Shown here piece after piece: positions 1-13,800 of a stretch of DNA of 64,000 bases. The notes under the pieces are model-generated. The model was not told where the DNA came from. It was given only the letters and a program-made list of their open reading frames with translations, and ran no database searches. The translations under genes were made by a program, and so were the position numbers. Location of the stretch: positions 62,001-126,000 of the forward strand of contig NW_026250435.1 of the NCBI RefSeq assembly GCF_024521635.1. The letters are read 5' to 3'. Origin of the DNA: Tricharina praecox (Eukaryota). Numbering within the stretch: the stretch's first letter is position 1; the number at the start of each line of letters is the position of its first letter.

Positions 1-1651
1 ACTCCTCTATTTTCCGCCTGTTCACAAATTCCTCGGCGAGATGGCGCTTCCGTTCGGCCCAGTCGGTAAACACACTCTTGCAAAATCCACAGCGCGACTT
101 CGCCGGCGGGGGGACATCCCGCGTCCAGCTCTTGTCAGCTGGATCCCACTTGACATATGGATGGCAGTGGTTTATGTGCTGTTGAAAGTTATCCTTCCGG
201 CCAAACGAACGAACCTCCTCCGGCTTATCCGCACACCCACGTCCACACGGCTTCCTTGGCTTCTTTGGCTTCTCCATGCCGTGCGAGGGGCTAGCATCAA
301 CAAGGCTTTCATCTTTTTCGGAACATGTTATCCTTGAACGTCCAGAAGGGGTTAATATCCCGGGGTGCGTATGAGTATACATACGATTGGAGCTGGTGGT
401 CGCTAAGGTATGGGCTGTAGGCTGAGTGGTAAAAGTCGGACACGCTCCATAAGGCTTATCCTGGACTCCTGGCAATCCCTGAACTTGAGAATCTCCATCC
501 TTGGGCATGACGGGAACAGATGATAAACGGCCACTTGCTTCGTCCGGTGTGGAATCCAGTCTCCGGACATGGTCCAAGAGAGGAGTTGGCCGCGCGCAGC
601 CATCTCGCCAGGCGGGTTGGGATGTTTCTTCCTCGAATTGGCAATCCCAGGTAGGCTTGTGGATGTCCTTTTCCTTTGCGTCTTGGTCCGATGAGGAATC
701 CTGGGCCAACGTGGGGGAATCCGCAACATCCGCGGTATCCAGGAGTGGTTCATCATGTCTATACGGGCAGTACACACATTCTCCGGTCATTTGATCGGTT
801 GGTCCGTTGAGGGCGCATATCCATCTGGTCAGTTCTATGTGGCTCGATTCTTCATGGCGAAACATGTTGCCAGGCCTGTTGTAGCTCTTACCACATTTCG
901 GCCACGGGCAGTGGAAGATATACGGAGCTTTGGTCTTCTTGGGAACGGGAGAGTCCTGGCGGGGTGTGTGCTTCTTCTTCATGACTTTGTTCTTTACCGG
1001 GGCTAGGGGATCCCTGGCGGCCTCGGTCCCGTTTCTTTTTCTCTCCGCAAGCGGCACAGTGGTTCCTACTACGGCCCCTCTGCGGCTATTCCATTTAGCA
1101 GTGGCAGATAATGAAGAATCCTTCGAGCCTGTTGGACGCATCGCACTAGGTTTAAGCAACGCCTTGGAAGAAGGGGAATTCGGCACCACTGGCATATCCT
1201 GCGGTTCTTGGGCATAATCTTCCAGGTCCTCAAGCTTCGGGCTTTCCATCCTGCGGTCCATGCAAGGCTCATCGGGGAGGTCCAATCCATTGGTATGTGC
1301 TAATGGCTGAACGGCATTCATCCGATCCGAACTGCTAGGCGGTCCTGGCACATTCTCGGGTAACCTGCTCTCTCCGCTCGGTAATAACTGTGCTGTCCAT
1401 TGCTGAGGTATGGCTGCTGAATATGCCGGCGAATTCTAGAGGATAGCAAGCGCATAGCGCGGTTAGCTCGGTTGAAGCACCACAGTGGACATGGGAGGTA
1501 TAGGAGAATCCACCTGCTGAAGCTCATTCGGTATCGGGGTGCGGTATAGAAGTTGTGGATCTACATACGGGAATGGAGGAGTCTCCCAAATCCCCTTCAC
1601 TACCTCTCGGTGTGAGGATATTTGGAAGCGGAAGTCGGAATAGTGGCTCAT
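1..1651 (-). CDS. C2H2-type zinc-finger protein (fungal homeobox/C2H2 TF-like C-terminus), 3'-truncated by window edge
   Basis: Absent from the ORF track because it has no stop in the window. Manual translation gives an open frame 1435-><1 with FHCPWPKCGKSYNRPGNMFRHEESSH, WICALNG..CVYC, RSFGRKDNFQQHINHCH and SRCGFCKSVFTDWAERKRHLAEEF. Putative exon 1 is 1651-1514 and intron 1513-1436 (GT..GCTAAC..TAG, phase 0). The start is uncertain. Confidence 0.8.
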
Positions 1652-4275
1652 CGTTTCTTGTGAAGCTGGTCGATCTTACTGCGAGGTTTCCCGATTGCAG
1701 CTACTTAGCTTAAAAGCAAACTGCAGACGGGCGGCCAGCCGCTCCAACTCCTTACCATAGCACACATATTTTCCTCTCCTCATGCCATAGCCCGATTGGC
1801 TATCTGCAGGTGAGAAGAACACAGGGTTGCAAGCAGGGAAGCGGCAGCAAAACTCCAACCAAGTTCGCGGCGCGTCGTTTTGTTTGCTGAGACTCAGTCT
1901 CTCGTATACCTGTACTGAACGTCTATGTTTGAACCTTTCTCCAGCCCTATAATCGGAAGTGTTCTTTCGACCCCGATCGATATCGGTGCTCACGGGTTCG
2001 GCGAAGCAAGGGCTTCTCGGTATTTACCCGCTGGCGGTAGCAGCGGCACGCCGGCACCGCACTCTCTCGGAGCCTTCTCGATCAAAGGAGGTCTGGGGTA
2101 CATCAATTCACTCCATCGCTCGTGCTTGAAGTCTGTCTTGATGCCATTTATGATCGAGAACGCAAATTTGCACGGTGCACAGGCTTTCTACGCGTGTGAA
2201 TGCCTGGTTGAAGATTCTGAATGCACGGGCGGAGCTGAAAAGTTGGACATGGGGTGGTGGTACATTTCTTGGCGGATAGCTGTTAGCTGAGGGGAAGATG
2301 TATGCTAATCCAACTTTGACCAAATGCTCCATCCCACCCCACGTTCTGGCCCGCCTATAGAGCAGAACACTGTTTTGTAATCCCCAAACAGTTCGAACGA
2401 AACGCGCAGCCAGACTGACGCACATAAGATGTGCCTACTACGGCGCAGCTTCATAAACTAGGATCTTGGCCCACCTGTGTACGAGGGCACGTCACGGCTT
2501 CGTAGTCTGAGTACATCCATACATGAATAGGTGTGCTTTTAGACTTTTTGTTCGGTGTTCGACCGGGCATGTGATTTTGCACCTACCGAGTGATATTATG
2601 TAATGTGGATACTTTCGTTTCAACCCCCTCGCACGCATATACATGCAGAGCGGCAGCAATTTGTATGCAAGGTCTCTGAAGATCGCCGGAAAGACTTATT
2701 GTTCACCGCCGCCAGAGCGATTGGTAATCCTGCATCATGTACATGCCGAAACGATCGCACATTTGCGAGTAAAACAAAGGCGACGGGAGTGTGTGTATAG
2801 ATAGGCCAAGGGAAAGAAGCTTAGTTTACCAGAATTTCGCTTTCTGTGGGTAGTTCTAAACCCTGGCTGACCATACGTGAGGTATTGAAGATCTTTTAGT
2901 AGTAAATAATCCTTCTTGCACAGGATGGTTTGCTATGATATCAGAGTGGTGATGCTTCTTTCATTTCCGCCGAGCCGCCTATATCTCCCCAGTGGTTCCG
3001 TCAGTCGTTCAGTACGGGTGCTGCAGGCTGTTCGCCTAGTATATATCTGGAGAGGTGGAACCGATTAGCTGGCCGAACTAGCAGCGTATTGTACATAACA
3101 TATGCACCAAGGCTCGGGACGGCAGATTCTAGGGCTGTCTCTTTCGACCGCCCTATCTCGAAGACTTGGGTCTATATAATTGCCGTCTACTCTAGACCTT
3201 TTCAGTTCAGGAATGGCAAAGAAATGAGAGGATACGTTCACGCTGGGACCGTCCAACCACTTCGATACTTCCAGTGATACGCGCTGGTCTCCCGGGACCA
3301 CTGACTCCGCTTCCTACCTACGCACCGACCGGCGAACATGGCGAGCGTACTAGAGTCACTCAGCGCGGAGTCAGGTCTTACTGATGCGTATTGAGTCAAA
3401 CCTACTCTTCCGTCGGGTTGACCCAGGCAACGGGGGCACATCTAAGGCCATGGGTGGACAGCATTTGTCGTCGGCTGAGTGAAGTCCCCCCGCTCATGGT
3501 TAGACTCCGCCACTCCGCCAATTCGTACTTGAGAACGGAAAAAATGAGACCCGACACAATCTTTTCACCCACACGCCGACTACATTGGACCGACCCGGTG
3601 TTCTAGCAAAAACATCCGAGAGCGAATATTGGGCCACGGTTGAGCGACGCAAGCAAGATTCGATTTGCTATAGAACCGTGATGGCCGAGAAGCCCATGCT
3701 TAGATAGATTCAACACAATATTGTGGCAACTCTTTCCGGAGGGAAACTTTTCCTCAGGTTGAGTCTGCTCGTCCGTCTTTTCCCGCTCCTCGCAGTTGGC
3801 GACCTCCTCGCAAGCGCCGGACTTTGCAGCCTCGCTCCCCCACTCGTGGATTTCCACCGGCTCGTCCACCACCTCCACCTCAATCCAACTGTGCACCATT
3901 GCCCAAATATTCACGCCTGCCACTCTACTCTGCTGCGCCTTCGTCTTGCAACTGTCGGATTAGGCTCCTCTACGGATTTCAACCTTTCTATGGCAGTCAT
4001 TGATGTCATGTGATACCATGTGAGGTCACGTGACCGCGGCAGGTAGCACTTTACACCTATGCATGACACTTTACCGCATGACCTCAGACTTCATGTAATT
4101 CGACAACCCTACTTGGTCGTCACTACTGACTGCATGTTCCTCACGGCGCAGGAATTCCATGTATTCGTGTCGTTAATCCTAGCCGTCACGCTTGTATGTA
4201 GAGTAGGCTTTACCCGGCGTTTTGTCAACCAACAATTTCTATCCGTAACCCCGCACTGGGGCCGGTCCCACAACT

Positions 4276-6263
4276 ATGGGGATCCGCAACCTCTACTCGC
4301 ACCTCACTCCTTTTGCTCGCCCGGAGACCTTTTCTTCTACCAGCGGTTCCAAAACACCTATTTACATCGATGGTCCAGCACTGTGTCACCACATCTATCA
4401 CCTCATCTTCTGTGCGGGCAGCGCCGTGGGTGGCAACCCATTCGAGACCACGCTCTCCTACCGAACGTTTGCCCTCGCCTACAACTCGTACCTCACTCGC
4501 CTCGAAGCCTCTGGATTTCGAATGTTTCTATCTCCTATCCGCTGTCCCCCAGCCCGGCTCGTCACCGCTGACGTGTTGCATCCAGTGCAGAGATTCTGTT
4601 CGATTCGGCTCTCCCGTCGTCGAAAACCGCGACACGGCTATCGCGCCTTGACGAATCGCTGAGAAAACTCACACGCTATCGGTCGTTGAACTCCACAGTT
4701 CGACATGGCGCTCAGTCCCTAATTGAATCGCCAGAGACTTTTTTCGCGGCCGAAAAATCGAATGCCGCCGTAACATCGAGTTCACAACCGCTCTCCGCAC
4801 CGCCATTTATTGTTGCTGCTGCGCTGTCGTGGTTGAGTTCACACGACAGCTACAGGGGGCTGACGAAAACGGTGCCAGGGGAGGCGGACCCTTTCCTTGC
4901 GGCGGCAGCGATCCGGAACGGCGGAATAGTGTTGACTGGGGATTCGGACCTCCTGGTGTTTGGAGACGATGTCGACAATTGGGGCGTCGTCATGATGCAG
5001 GATCTGTCGTTCACGGAGTCGGGAGTGGCTGCCCGCGTATCGCGACCCGCGGACATAGCACGAGTGCTGAAACATCCCCTGTTGCATGTCGCATACCAGA
5101 CTTCGCTCGATGCGACCGCATCATTTAGCCAGATCCTGGACCGGCTGGGGAGGATCGAGACGCGAAGGAAACAGGGCGCAGGCGTAGAACCTATTCCGGC
5201 CGCGTTTGCAAGAGAATATTCATTACCGGCTGAGGGCGGTGTCATCCGGATGGTGGAGGAACCAAGGATTGGAGAATTGCTGTATCTCGCGGCGAAGGGG
5301 AAGGCGGATCGGACGATGTACTTTCCGTTCCTGAACGAGGATCCACAGCGCGCACCGGCATGGGAAATCGGCGGTTCGGTCAGAGCGCTTGCATACACTC
5401 TGCTGTTTGGCGGCGGAGAAGTGAAAGAGGTGTATCGGCGCGGACCCAGGATCACCGAATCGCCCGTACTGTGTGACAACGCACCGGAAAGGTTGGATGA
5501 GTTTGTTAAAGCCATCAAGGACGATACGAGCACTTTCTGGTGGGCCTCTGCCATACTTGATAGTATCTCCGCCGTGATGAGGGAGCGGGGCCAGCCCGTA
5601 CCATCGTGCGACGAGCTCACCGCTATTGCAGGAATATTGCTCCCAGACCCATGTGTGACGCCACCGAAGAAGACAAAGCAGAAATGGAGCTGGGGGCTGA
5701 TACACATCTTTGCCATGGCGCAGGCTGGATGGTATTCCTTGTTATTGCTGCGCGAGGTGCTGCGATTTCTGGCTGCCCGCGGCACGCCAATCTCCGGAGA
5801 TGCGCAAAATCTGGAGGTTTTGCAAACGAGTCTGCTGCTGTTGCCCGACATTCTTGATCTTTTCGATGGCCGTGTGTTCTTGTTCAGCTTCGAGAAACCG
5901 ACGGATAAAATGAAAGCAGTGGGCAGGAGCGCGTTAGAGCGTCACTGGCGTGCTGTCAAGGCTGTTGAAGGTGACGAGTCTCCGGCGGCAGAGTCTCTGG
6001 TGGCAGAGTCTCCGATGGCAGAGTCTTCGGTGGTAGAGTCTTCGGTGGCAGAGTCTTCGGTGGCAGAGTCTTCGGTGGCAAAATCGCCAGTCAACGGGAA
6101 TGGCAAGCGACCAAGTGATGATGCGGTTGAACAAGCTGATGGGGGCGAGTGGGCGGTTGTGGAATCAAAGAAGGCCAAAAAGGAGAAGAGGAGGAGAGGG
6201 GTGGGCTCAGCTTCCTCGCTATCCAAATCAAATAAATTTGCCGCCTTGGCGGCTGATAGTTAG
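4276..6263 (+). CDS. XPG_I-like/Asteroid-type PIN-domain nuclease-like protein
   Basis: Motifs MGIRNL..IYIDGPAL, ILFDSALPSSKTATRLSRL, PPFIV and VPGEADPFLA..VLTGDSDLLVF. One intron 4524-4585 (GT..GCTGAC..CAG) joins the 4276 and 4686 ORFs in frame. Confidence 0.85.
5975..6091 (+). repeat. Coding 15-bp tandem repeat (GCAGAGTCTTCGGTG; ESSVA-like x~8)
   Basis: Translation ESPAA ESLVA ESPMA ESSVV ESSVA ESSVA ESSVA KSPV. Confidence 0.9.
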
Positions 6264-6384
6264 AAATTTATAGGGAAATCTATCTGAGAGCTATCGTGTG
6301 TCGTTGAAAAGGCGGACGGACACCTAGAACGTCTTGGAAACCCCGCCTTGGCATCTTCAAATCAAACTCACCCCGTTCAAACAT

Positions 6385-6497
6385 CACCGCCGACTCTGAC
6401 TGCTCCATCACCACCAGCGACTCTTACCGCTTCATCACCACTAGCGACTCTTACCGCTACATCACCACCAGCAATTCTAACTGCTCCTTCATCCCCC
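6385..6497 (+). repeat. Degenerate 27-bp tandem repeat (~4 units)
   Basis: Units gcgactcttaccgc(t/a)catcaccacca; reads TLTAPSPPA/TLTASSPLA/TLTATSPPA/ILTAPSSP. Confidence 0.75.
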
Positions 6498-8288
6498 AAT
6501 GCCGACCCTACCACCTTCGCAACCATTCCGAATGTCACGAATGAACGTCGTCGCACTGTCTCCGCTCTCGTCGGGGGGTCTTACTGTAACTTCTACCCCT
6601 GTTCATATCCACCCTATAATTCCCAAAGCGCAGCCTACGGTTACGACCACCGTACTCATCATAGTTCCCCAAAAAACGATTACGACCCTTTTGGGCAATT
6701 CAGAGGACACCACCCCAACTTTCCCTCATACCCTCACTGCGGCAACACCACAAATCACCCCACACCCACGAGAGACGCATGTGCATTACGTTACCCGCCG
6801 TCACCTCTCCGTCTCCGACCGCCGTCGCCATTGGACCGCGACCCACAAGAACCCGCTTCGTTTGCAAACGAACATTCGACGGGAAACCGTCGAACATTTG
6901 GAGCGATAAGGGTTGCTGGGAGTGGAGGATCATCTTTATCGGTCTGTGTATGGCGGCGATCATACCGGGGGTTTTGGTGGGTGCTTACGGCGCGGAGTTG
7001 GACTTTTGGTAGGCGGTGTTGGCGAGGATCTGGGAGGACTTTTGGGAAGCAGGATAATGGATGGAGTGAGATTTCTTGTTAATAGCTGGTCACTCGATGG
7101 CAAAATCATTTGGCGGAATCTGCGGGAAGTTGCACCTTGGTATAATTATAGTTCGCTACTGCAGGAGGATGTGTGGAAAATCGAGTGGTTCTTAGTTGAG
7201 GATTGGCCTGATGTGCGCTTCACGGTCACCGCCCCGTAATGATACGAGTGATGCGCTGGATGCTTTCACGTGGCCTGTGATCCCTTGCGACTCGGCTGTG
7301 TGAGACCCAGATCTTTGGAGACGAGATTTCCGCCAGATTTTATCAAACAACCCCTGAACCTCGATCAATCTACCGTACATCCATGCAGCCAGAAGCGCAA
7401 CCGACTGCTGATATCTTATGTCAATAACCCAGAACTAAGTAAGCGGATGGCAAGTCAATCAGACCGTAATAATAATGTATGGTGTTTTCCGTGCTGGTCA
7501 AAGGAAAGACAATGAATGATAAGAAAGCCGAGGTATAAACGGTAAAGACGGAAGATGAGAGGCTAAATGGATACACTACAGACTGCACGGCGAAAGAAAA
7601 GGAAACGTATGACAGAAAAACATCGCGACAGCTGAGTGAAAATACCGAACCGAGTGATTGTGAGAGCGAAAACATGAAGAGAAATTTCACAACACTGCCG
7701 CCACTCCTAAAGAAATCGAGAGCACCCAAGTAGAGGGATGTCGTGCGCCAAGCTAATACTTCGGATCGGGCTCATTGATGGACAGTGACTCCTTCCATAG
7801 GGCCACCGCCGGAAAGCCAGAGCGCAGCCGCCCATTCCAGAAAGCGGGCCACCACTGTTCCAGCAGCGAGGCGTCGCGGGTCAATTCCGATGTCGTGCAG
7901 GAACTGCGCCGCCTCGCGATTGATAGCGAACTCGCTGCCAACATCCGGCATCTCGATATCAACATCGACGTCTTGGTCGGTCTGCTGTGGCCCGCTGGCA
8001 GCGGCGGCGAGGATTCCCGGGTTCCGGTTCTCGAGGGACGCAGCGACACTTTCGAGACGTTGCTGTTGTACCAATATCCAGCGCGCGGCGAGAATCGGTG
8101 TGATGGTAGTCGGATAGACGCTCGAGCTAGCGAGAGCGCCGCTGCCGCTGTTCACTAAGGGGCCGTGGTGTGCGGAAGGAATAGCGTATCCACTAGCGTT
8201 ACCGGCAATGCCACTAACAATAGAGTGAGGCATTTGTTTTCCTACCAGCACCACATTAGTCTGGTTAGAGAGAAGAAGGTTAGGGAAG

Positions 8289-8355
8289 AGTGCAAAGACA
8301 TCAGTGAAGACTACAAAAACATCAGGGAAGACTGCAAAAACATCAGGGAAGACTT
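8289..8355 (+). repeat. 21-bp tandem repeat (~3 units)
   Basis: catcagtgaagactacaaaaa / catcagggaagactgcaaaaa / catcagggaagact. Confidence 0.75.
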
Positions 8356-8524
8356 CTGGAAATTTACCAAAGTGAAAATAGAGCTAGAATCCAACAGCTG
8401 TATTGTCAGGTTTGTTGAGTACTTCAAAAAAAGGTACAAAGTAAATCTGCAAGCTTGAACTTCAACAGAAAATCCAGTGAACACTAATTTGATAGAACAA
8501 ACTGTAGATCGAAAAAATAGCGGC

Positions 8525-9580
8525 CAGCGACATCGTGGCCCGCTGCATTACGTCTCCCCCAAGGAAGAATCACCAAGAATGCACTAACCTTTCAAGGGAA
8601 ACCACAGTCAGAATCTCAGCTTTACGGATGGAGTCATTCCAAGAACTGGTCAACAAGGAAAGCCTCACTGTCACGGCTCGCGACGGAATGACGAAGGGAG
8701 GGTCGGTGCAAGGATCGAGAGAGTTGAGAGGCAGTGCACAGGCAGTGCACCGGCAGTGCAAGGATGAGTCGCAGAGGATTGGGGGCTGTGTGCAGGGAGC
8801 AGGGATAGCGCAGTAATGAGCCGCAGGGGATTGGGGCTGTGTGCTGGAAGGAGGGGTAGTGCGGCTGCGCAGGGTATGAGTCACGGAAGCGGGGTACTGG
8901 CAAGGTGGATTTCTCAGGGTCTGGCACACGCCCACGGTCACTGTCAGGTTGCGGGAAGAAGTGGAGGATTTTCTATATAAACGGGCCATTGCCCCTGTGT
9001 ATCTAGTTCTTCACGCAACAACTTATTAATTCAACCACTGTTACCTCTGTCCTTGCCTCGGCTGCCGTCTGCGCCGTAGTCCTTGTCCCTGCCTCTGTTC
9101 TCAGTTGCCGTCTGCACTGAGCCCTGCCTCACCTTGTCCCCTGAACCCGTCTTGCCTCTACCGAACCCAGAACCCTATCCCCAGCCCGGCTTCGCTACCT
9201 GGAGCCCTGCCCGACCGTGCCGTTACACTCACGATCTTCAACACCACGCTTGCTAGGGTCAATGGCGCACTGCAGGGAAACAAGGACCCCACGGCGCATA
9301 TTCCTCACGGATACCACCAGTTCCTACCGCTGCTCTCTGAAGCCCTTGCCCAGAACCTGCCCCCGCACCGACACTACGGCCATAAGATTCCACTCAAGGA
9401 GGGATTTATGCCCCCATACGGACCACTGTATTCACTCTCGAAAACGGAACTCATCGCACTGAAAGAATGGCTTGACGACAACCTCAGCAAAGGTTTCATC
9501 TGTGCCTCTTCCTCTCCAGCAGCATCGCCAATCCTGTTTGTCAAAAAATTGGACGGCTCCCTACGCCTGTGTGTGGATTA
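8525..9580 (+). mobile_element. Ty3/Gypsy family A pol fragment (PR-RT linker to start of RT), interrupted by a solo LTR
   Basis: Near-identical to the reverse complement of 18107-18490 and 21021-21490. Encodes [43 protein letters not shown]. Confidence 0.9.
8669..9227 (+). mobile_element. Solo LTR, family A (559 bp), TSD CTCAC
   Basis: TGTCACGG...CCGTTACA ends; CTCAC at 8664-8668 and 9228-9232; the empty site is seen in the pol copies near 18350 and 21370; TATATAAA near 8974. Confidence 0.95.
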
Positions 9581-9646
9581 TGTCACGGCTCGCGACGGAA
9601 TGGCGAAGGGAGGGTCGGTGCAAGGACCGAGAGAGTTGGGAGGCAG
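9581..9646 (+). mobile_element. First 66 bp of another family A LTR, inserted in RT and cut off by an LTR-C insertion
   Basis: TGTCACGGCTCGCGACGGAATG.. matches 8669 onward. Confidence 0.9.
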
Positions 9647-10039
9647 TGTGAGACTGGAACGATTATGGTCGTCGGAGTCAATTGATAGAATAAAATAAAG
9701 ATGAAAATAGATAGTATTCTTTCTTTCACAAACGGAATAATATTAAGGGGTAGTGTTGATGGTTTTCTGGTTGCTGATTCTGATGATGAATCTTTCGCCG
9801 TGTCGTCGGAAGTCTATATAGTTGGGTGATTTGGTCGAGTCACGTGCCAGCCGTTGCCGTAGCTTGTTGCCGGATGGAAACCCTGGCGTGAAATCTCTGC
9901 ACTTGGTGCGAAGACTTTCTCCGCCATGTCATCAGAGTCGCCGTAAGCCTTCAGGATAGTTTATACAAACTAGGCAGGTATGGCGCACCAATCCTTACCC
10001 GAGCATAGTCCGGTTTCAGCTATCTCTTCGCTGGGCAAC
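9647..10039 (-). mobile_element. LTR fragment, family C (related to B), truncated by the B LTR
   Basis: Starts tgtgagactgg and shares gtcgtcggagtc, gatagaataaaa and aacggaataat.ttaaggg blocks with LTR-B, then diverges. Confidence 0.75.
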
Positions 10040-10872
10040 TGTGAGACTGGGACGGGTTTGTGTCGTCGGAATCTATAGTAAAGTCGAGGATAGAATAAAA
10101 GTCAGGGATTTCGATAATTCACAACGGAATAATCTTAAGGGTGTTTCTTTGATGGTTTGTTCGGTGCGATGATTGTAGTTTGGTTCGGTTTGCCTGCTCG
10201 GTTTGACTTATAGTCGTTCCGATCCTCAGCACGTGATTCCTCTAGAGTGCGGCCTAACGTAGCTCCGTTGCTTCCTTTGCATCGGAGTTCCGCGGCCTAG
10301 CCTCGAGTCGTCGTCAGCTCTCTTCGGATAGTCTTCTCGACTAGGCAGGTGGTAAACACCACGCGCCCAAGATAGATCGGAGTTTCCAAGCAATTATCTC
10401 CCTCATGCGCCGGCAGAGTTCTTCGCTCGAAGTTGTCTGCCCCCATCGGTCGATGTTCGATTCTCTCGTCATAACAGTTTTTTCCTGGATCGGAGTTCCT
10501 ACTGCGGGGCCCTATGAACGGAGATCGCAAAGTCCTCTGGACTGTTATCCCGATCTCCCGTATCTCCGATCACTGTCTAGACTCTGGAATCCGTTTGCTC
10601 CCTCCTTCCTATCTTGTCCTTGATCGCTTCTAACTATCCTTTCGGCTCGCAACTCCATTCTAATCACCCGGACTATCTAATCACATCTCTTGCGACCGTC
10701 GTGACCTCCGATACCTATCGGGGTGTCACACCATCTCCCCTCCCACGAGGCTTCGGCCCGAAGCACCCAAGTCCTCGCCTTTATCCTAACTTGATAACTG
10801 TGGATGAAGTCCTCCAACCCCTTCATCCTACTACCTGCCCGAGTTCGAGAAAAACCACATGGGAAAAAACTC

Positions 10873-13800
10873 TTACTCATCTGTGAGCCGGTAGTCCCTC
10901 GGCGCATTGGGATTTTTGCGATGAAACTCGCGTAGCTTTTCCCGACCGCCTACTGAGAAGTTGTCGAATGGCTCGTTCGTCCAGTCCCGTCGTTCGGGGT
11001 AGGTGAGCCATTTGACGAGGTAGAGCACTCGTCGACCTTTCTTCGAGCTGCCCATAACCTCATCGACGTCGTATTCTTCGTTGCCTTCCACATCATCGGC
11101 CTCTCGTAAGATTTGAGAGGGATCCGGTGGTGCTCGGGTGCCGGCTCGGAACGGTTCAACGAGCGAGACGTGAAAGACATTATGAATCTTCCACTTCCTT
11201 GGCAGAGTGAGCTTGACAGCGAGCGGCGATACGATCTTCTCGATTTGGAAGGGACCATGGTTCTTGTGGTCCAACTTCCGCGAGGGTCGGCGGGTTTGAA
11301 TGTTCCGCCCATTGAGCATTACCAAGTCTCCTACTTGATAAGCCGGTGCCTCCTGACGATGTTGATCTGCATACTTGCGCATTCGTTCGCGCGTTCGTTC
11401 GAGGGTCTTGATGTTTTCCTCGTGGACTGTATGCATCCAGTGAGCGTAGACCCTGCTGGCGGGGTTGAGAGAATTTGCCGCAGCAGGGTTTGTCGCCGAC
11501 GGGTGGTATCCGAAATTCGCATAGAAGGGCGACATTCCGGTTGCCGATGTAACCGAGTTGTTGTAGGCAAGCTCAGCCATCGGTAGGAGATTCACCCAAT
11601 CGTTCTGTTCGTAGTTGACGAAGGAGCGGAGGTATGCTTCGATCGTCTGGTTGAGGCGTTCGGTTTGTCCATCCGTCTGTGGCTGGAACGCTGTTGACAT
11701 CCGGGGCCTAATGCCTAGCAGCCGGATGAATTCTTTCCATGTACCCGAGGTAAACCGTGAGTCTCGGTCCGACACTATGTCTGCTGGTAATCCGTGAAAG
11801 CGCCATATCTCGCGGGCAAAAATCTTCGCGAGATCCTCGGCTATCTTTCCATCCTTAGGTAGGGGGATGAAATGCGCCATCTTGGTGAAGCGGTCGACGA
11901 CCACCCATAGCTGGTCGCATCCGTTGGATTCCGGTAGGTCGGTAATGAAGTCCATGGCTATTGATTGCCATGGGGTGTATGGTAACTCGAGGGGATTGAG
12001 TAGTCCATACGGCTGGTGCCTTGTTGCTTTGTCCTTCTGACACTGCGCGCAACTCCGGACGAAGTCTATAATCTGCTCGTCCATCTTTGGCCACCAGAAA
12101 TTGCGTCGGATAAGTTCGATAGTCTTGTCCTGGCCCATATGCCCCGCGACTTTCGTATTGTGTTCCGACTCGAGGATGTGTCTGACGAGTTCCTTATCGT
12201 CTGGTACCCATAGCCTTTCTTTCCTATACAGGCACCCCTCTTCCATCCTCAAAATCCTGGCCTTTCGGCCCATCCTGCCGGAGTCCCTACTCTCGGCGGC
12301 CAGTTCCCAGGCCTTTCGGCCCTCCGACTCAGTGTCCGTCTGAGCCGCGTCCCCGTTCGTGTCCTTGATGCTGCTCAGAGCCTCCTGATACCCAGCATCT
12401 TCCTTTCCTGCCTTCCTGACCCAACCCAGAAATTCTTCATTCCACTTTGGCACGGGGATTGATTGTAGCCGAGTTGACGAAACCAGGAACACGGTGCTTT
12501 CGCCTCCGGTGCTGATTGATGAAACTCTCGAATCGTCGCCTGCAAAGTGTGATTTATGCAGGATCGTCGTAATCGGCTGATCTTCACCCCCCCCTTTTTC
12601 AGGGCGGTACTCCGGGCGCCTGGATAATGCGTCAGGCTTGCCGTTCTGGCTGCCGGGCCCGTAGTAGATTTTGAAGTCGATGCCAGCGAGTTCTTGTGCC
12701 CATCTCGCCTGCCGTCGATTGAGTACTTTCGTGGTTGTGAAGTACTCAAGGTTCTGGTGGTCGCTGTACACCTGGATCTGGTGTTTTGCTCCCTCAAGGT
12801 ATTGCCGCCAGCGTTTGAAAGAGTCTACTATCGCGAGTAGTTCCTTATCGTGAATCTCAAAGTTGATTTCGGCTGGGGTAAACTTTCTTGAGTGGAACGC
12901 AACTGGGTGTAACTTCCCCTCCTCTGTCCTTTGAGACAGGACCGCGCCCAACGCGAAGTCGGAAGCGTCGGATTCCACCACGACAGGTAATTCTGGGTTG
13001 AAGTGCCCGAGAATCGGTGCCGTGGTGAACCTAGACTTCAGCTCCTCGAAGGCCAGTTCCATCTCCGCTGTCCATCTCCAATCCTTCCCTTTTTCTTTTG
13101 TGCTCTCGGTCAAGGGTCTCGTGATCTTTGAGAAATCCTTGATGAAGCGCCTGTAAAAATTGGCGAACCCAAGAAAGGCTTGTACTTCCTTCAGGGACCG
13201 CGGCGCCTCCCACGAGAGCACAGATTCCACCTTGTCCTTAGCCATCTCAATTCCATCTTGGGATATCACGTATCCTAGGAACTCGACTCTCCTTGTCGAC
13301 CAGACACACTTCTCTGGTGAGATTGCCAACTTATTTTCTTCCAACCTCTTTAGTACCTCGATGACTATCTTGTCATGCTCCTCGTGCGTCTTAGCATAGA
13401 TGAGGAGGTCATCGATGTATGCGACCAGTCCCAGGTCCAACATATCCCGAAATATGTGGTTAATCATGTCCTGGAACGTCGCTGGAGCGTTGGTCAGCCC
13501 AAACGGCATGACCAAAAACTCAAACAGTCCGTATCGACAGCGGAAAGCCGTCTTCCACTCGTCACCTTCTTTGATGCGGATAAGGTGATAGCCATTCTTC
13601 AGATCAATCTTGGTGAAGACTTTCGCACCCCTGACTCGGTCTTGCAACTTTGCCATGATCGGGAGTGGGTAGCGATTGGCTACGGTAATCTTGTTGATAC
13701 CGCGATAGTCGACACACAATCGGAGACCCCTGCCGTGCGCCTTTGGTACAAATAATATCGGCGCCCCGGCTGGTGATTTGGATCTTCGAATCTTGCCTGT

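Noticed and set aside
1676..4013. Several short ORFs between the zinc-finger and nuclease genes (also 37035-38138)
   Set aside because: No consistent exon chain or recognisable motif found by eye
4850..5851. 333-aa minus-strand ORF (and similar ones opposite Arp9, the MDR gene and AA12)
   Set aside because: Antisense shadows of well-supported genes
6348..8254. ORFs 6348-7082 (+) and 7772-8254 (-) as genes
   Set aside because: Non-ATG starts, low complexity, no motifs; cannot be supported without homology or expression data
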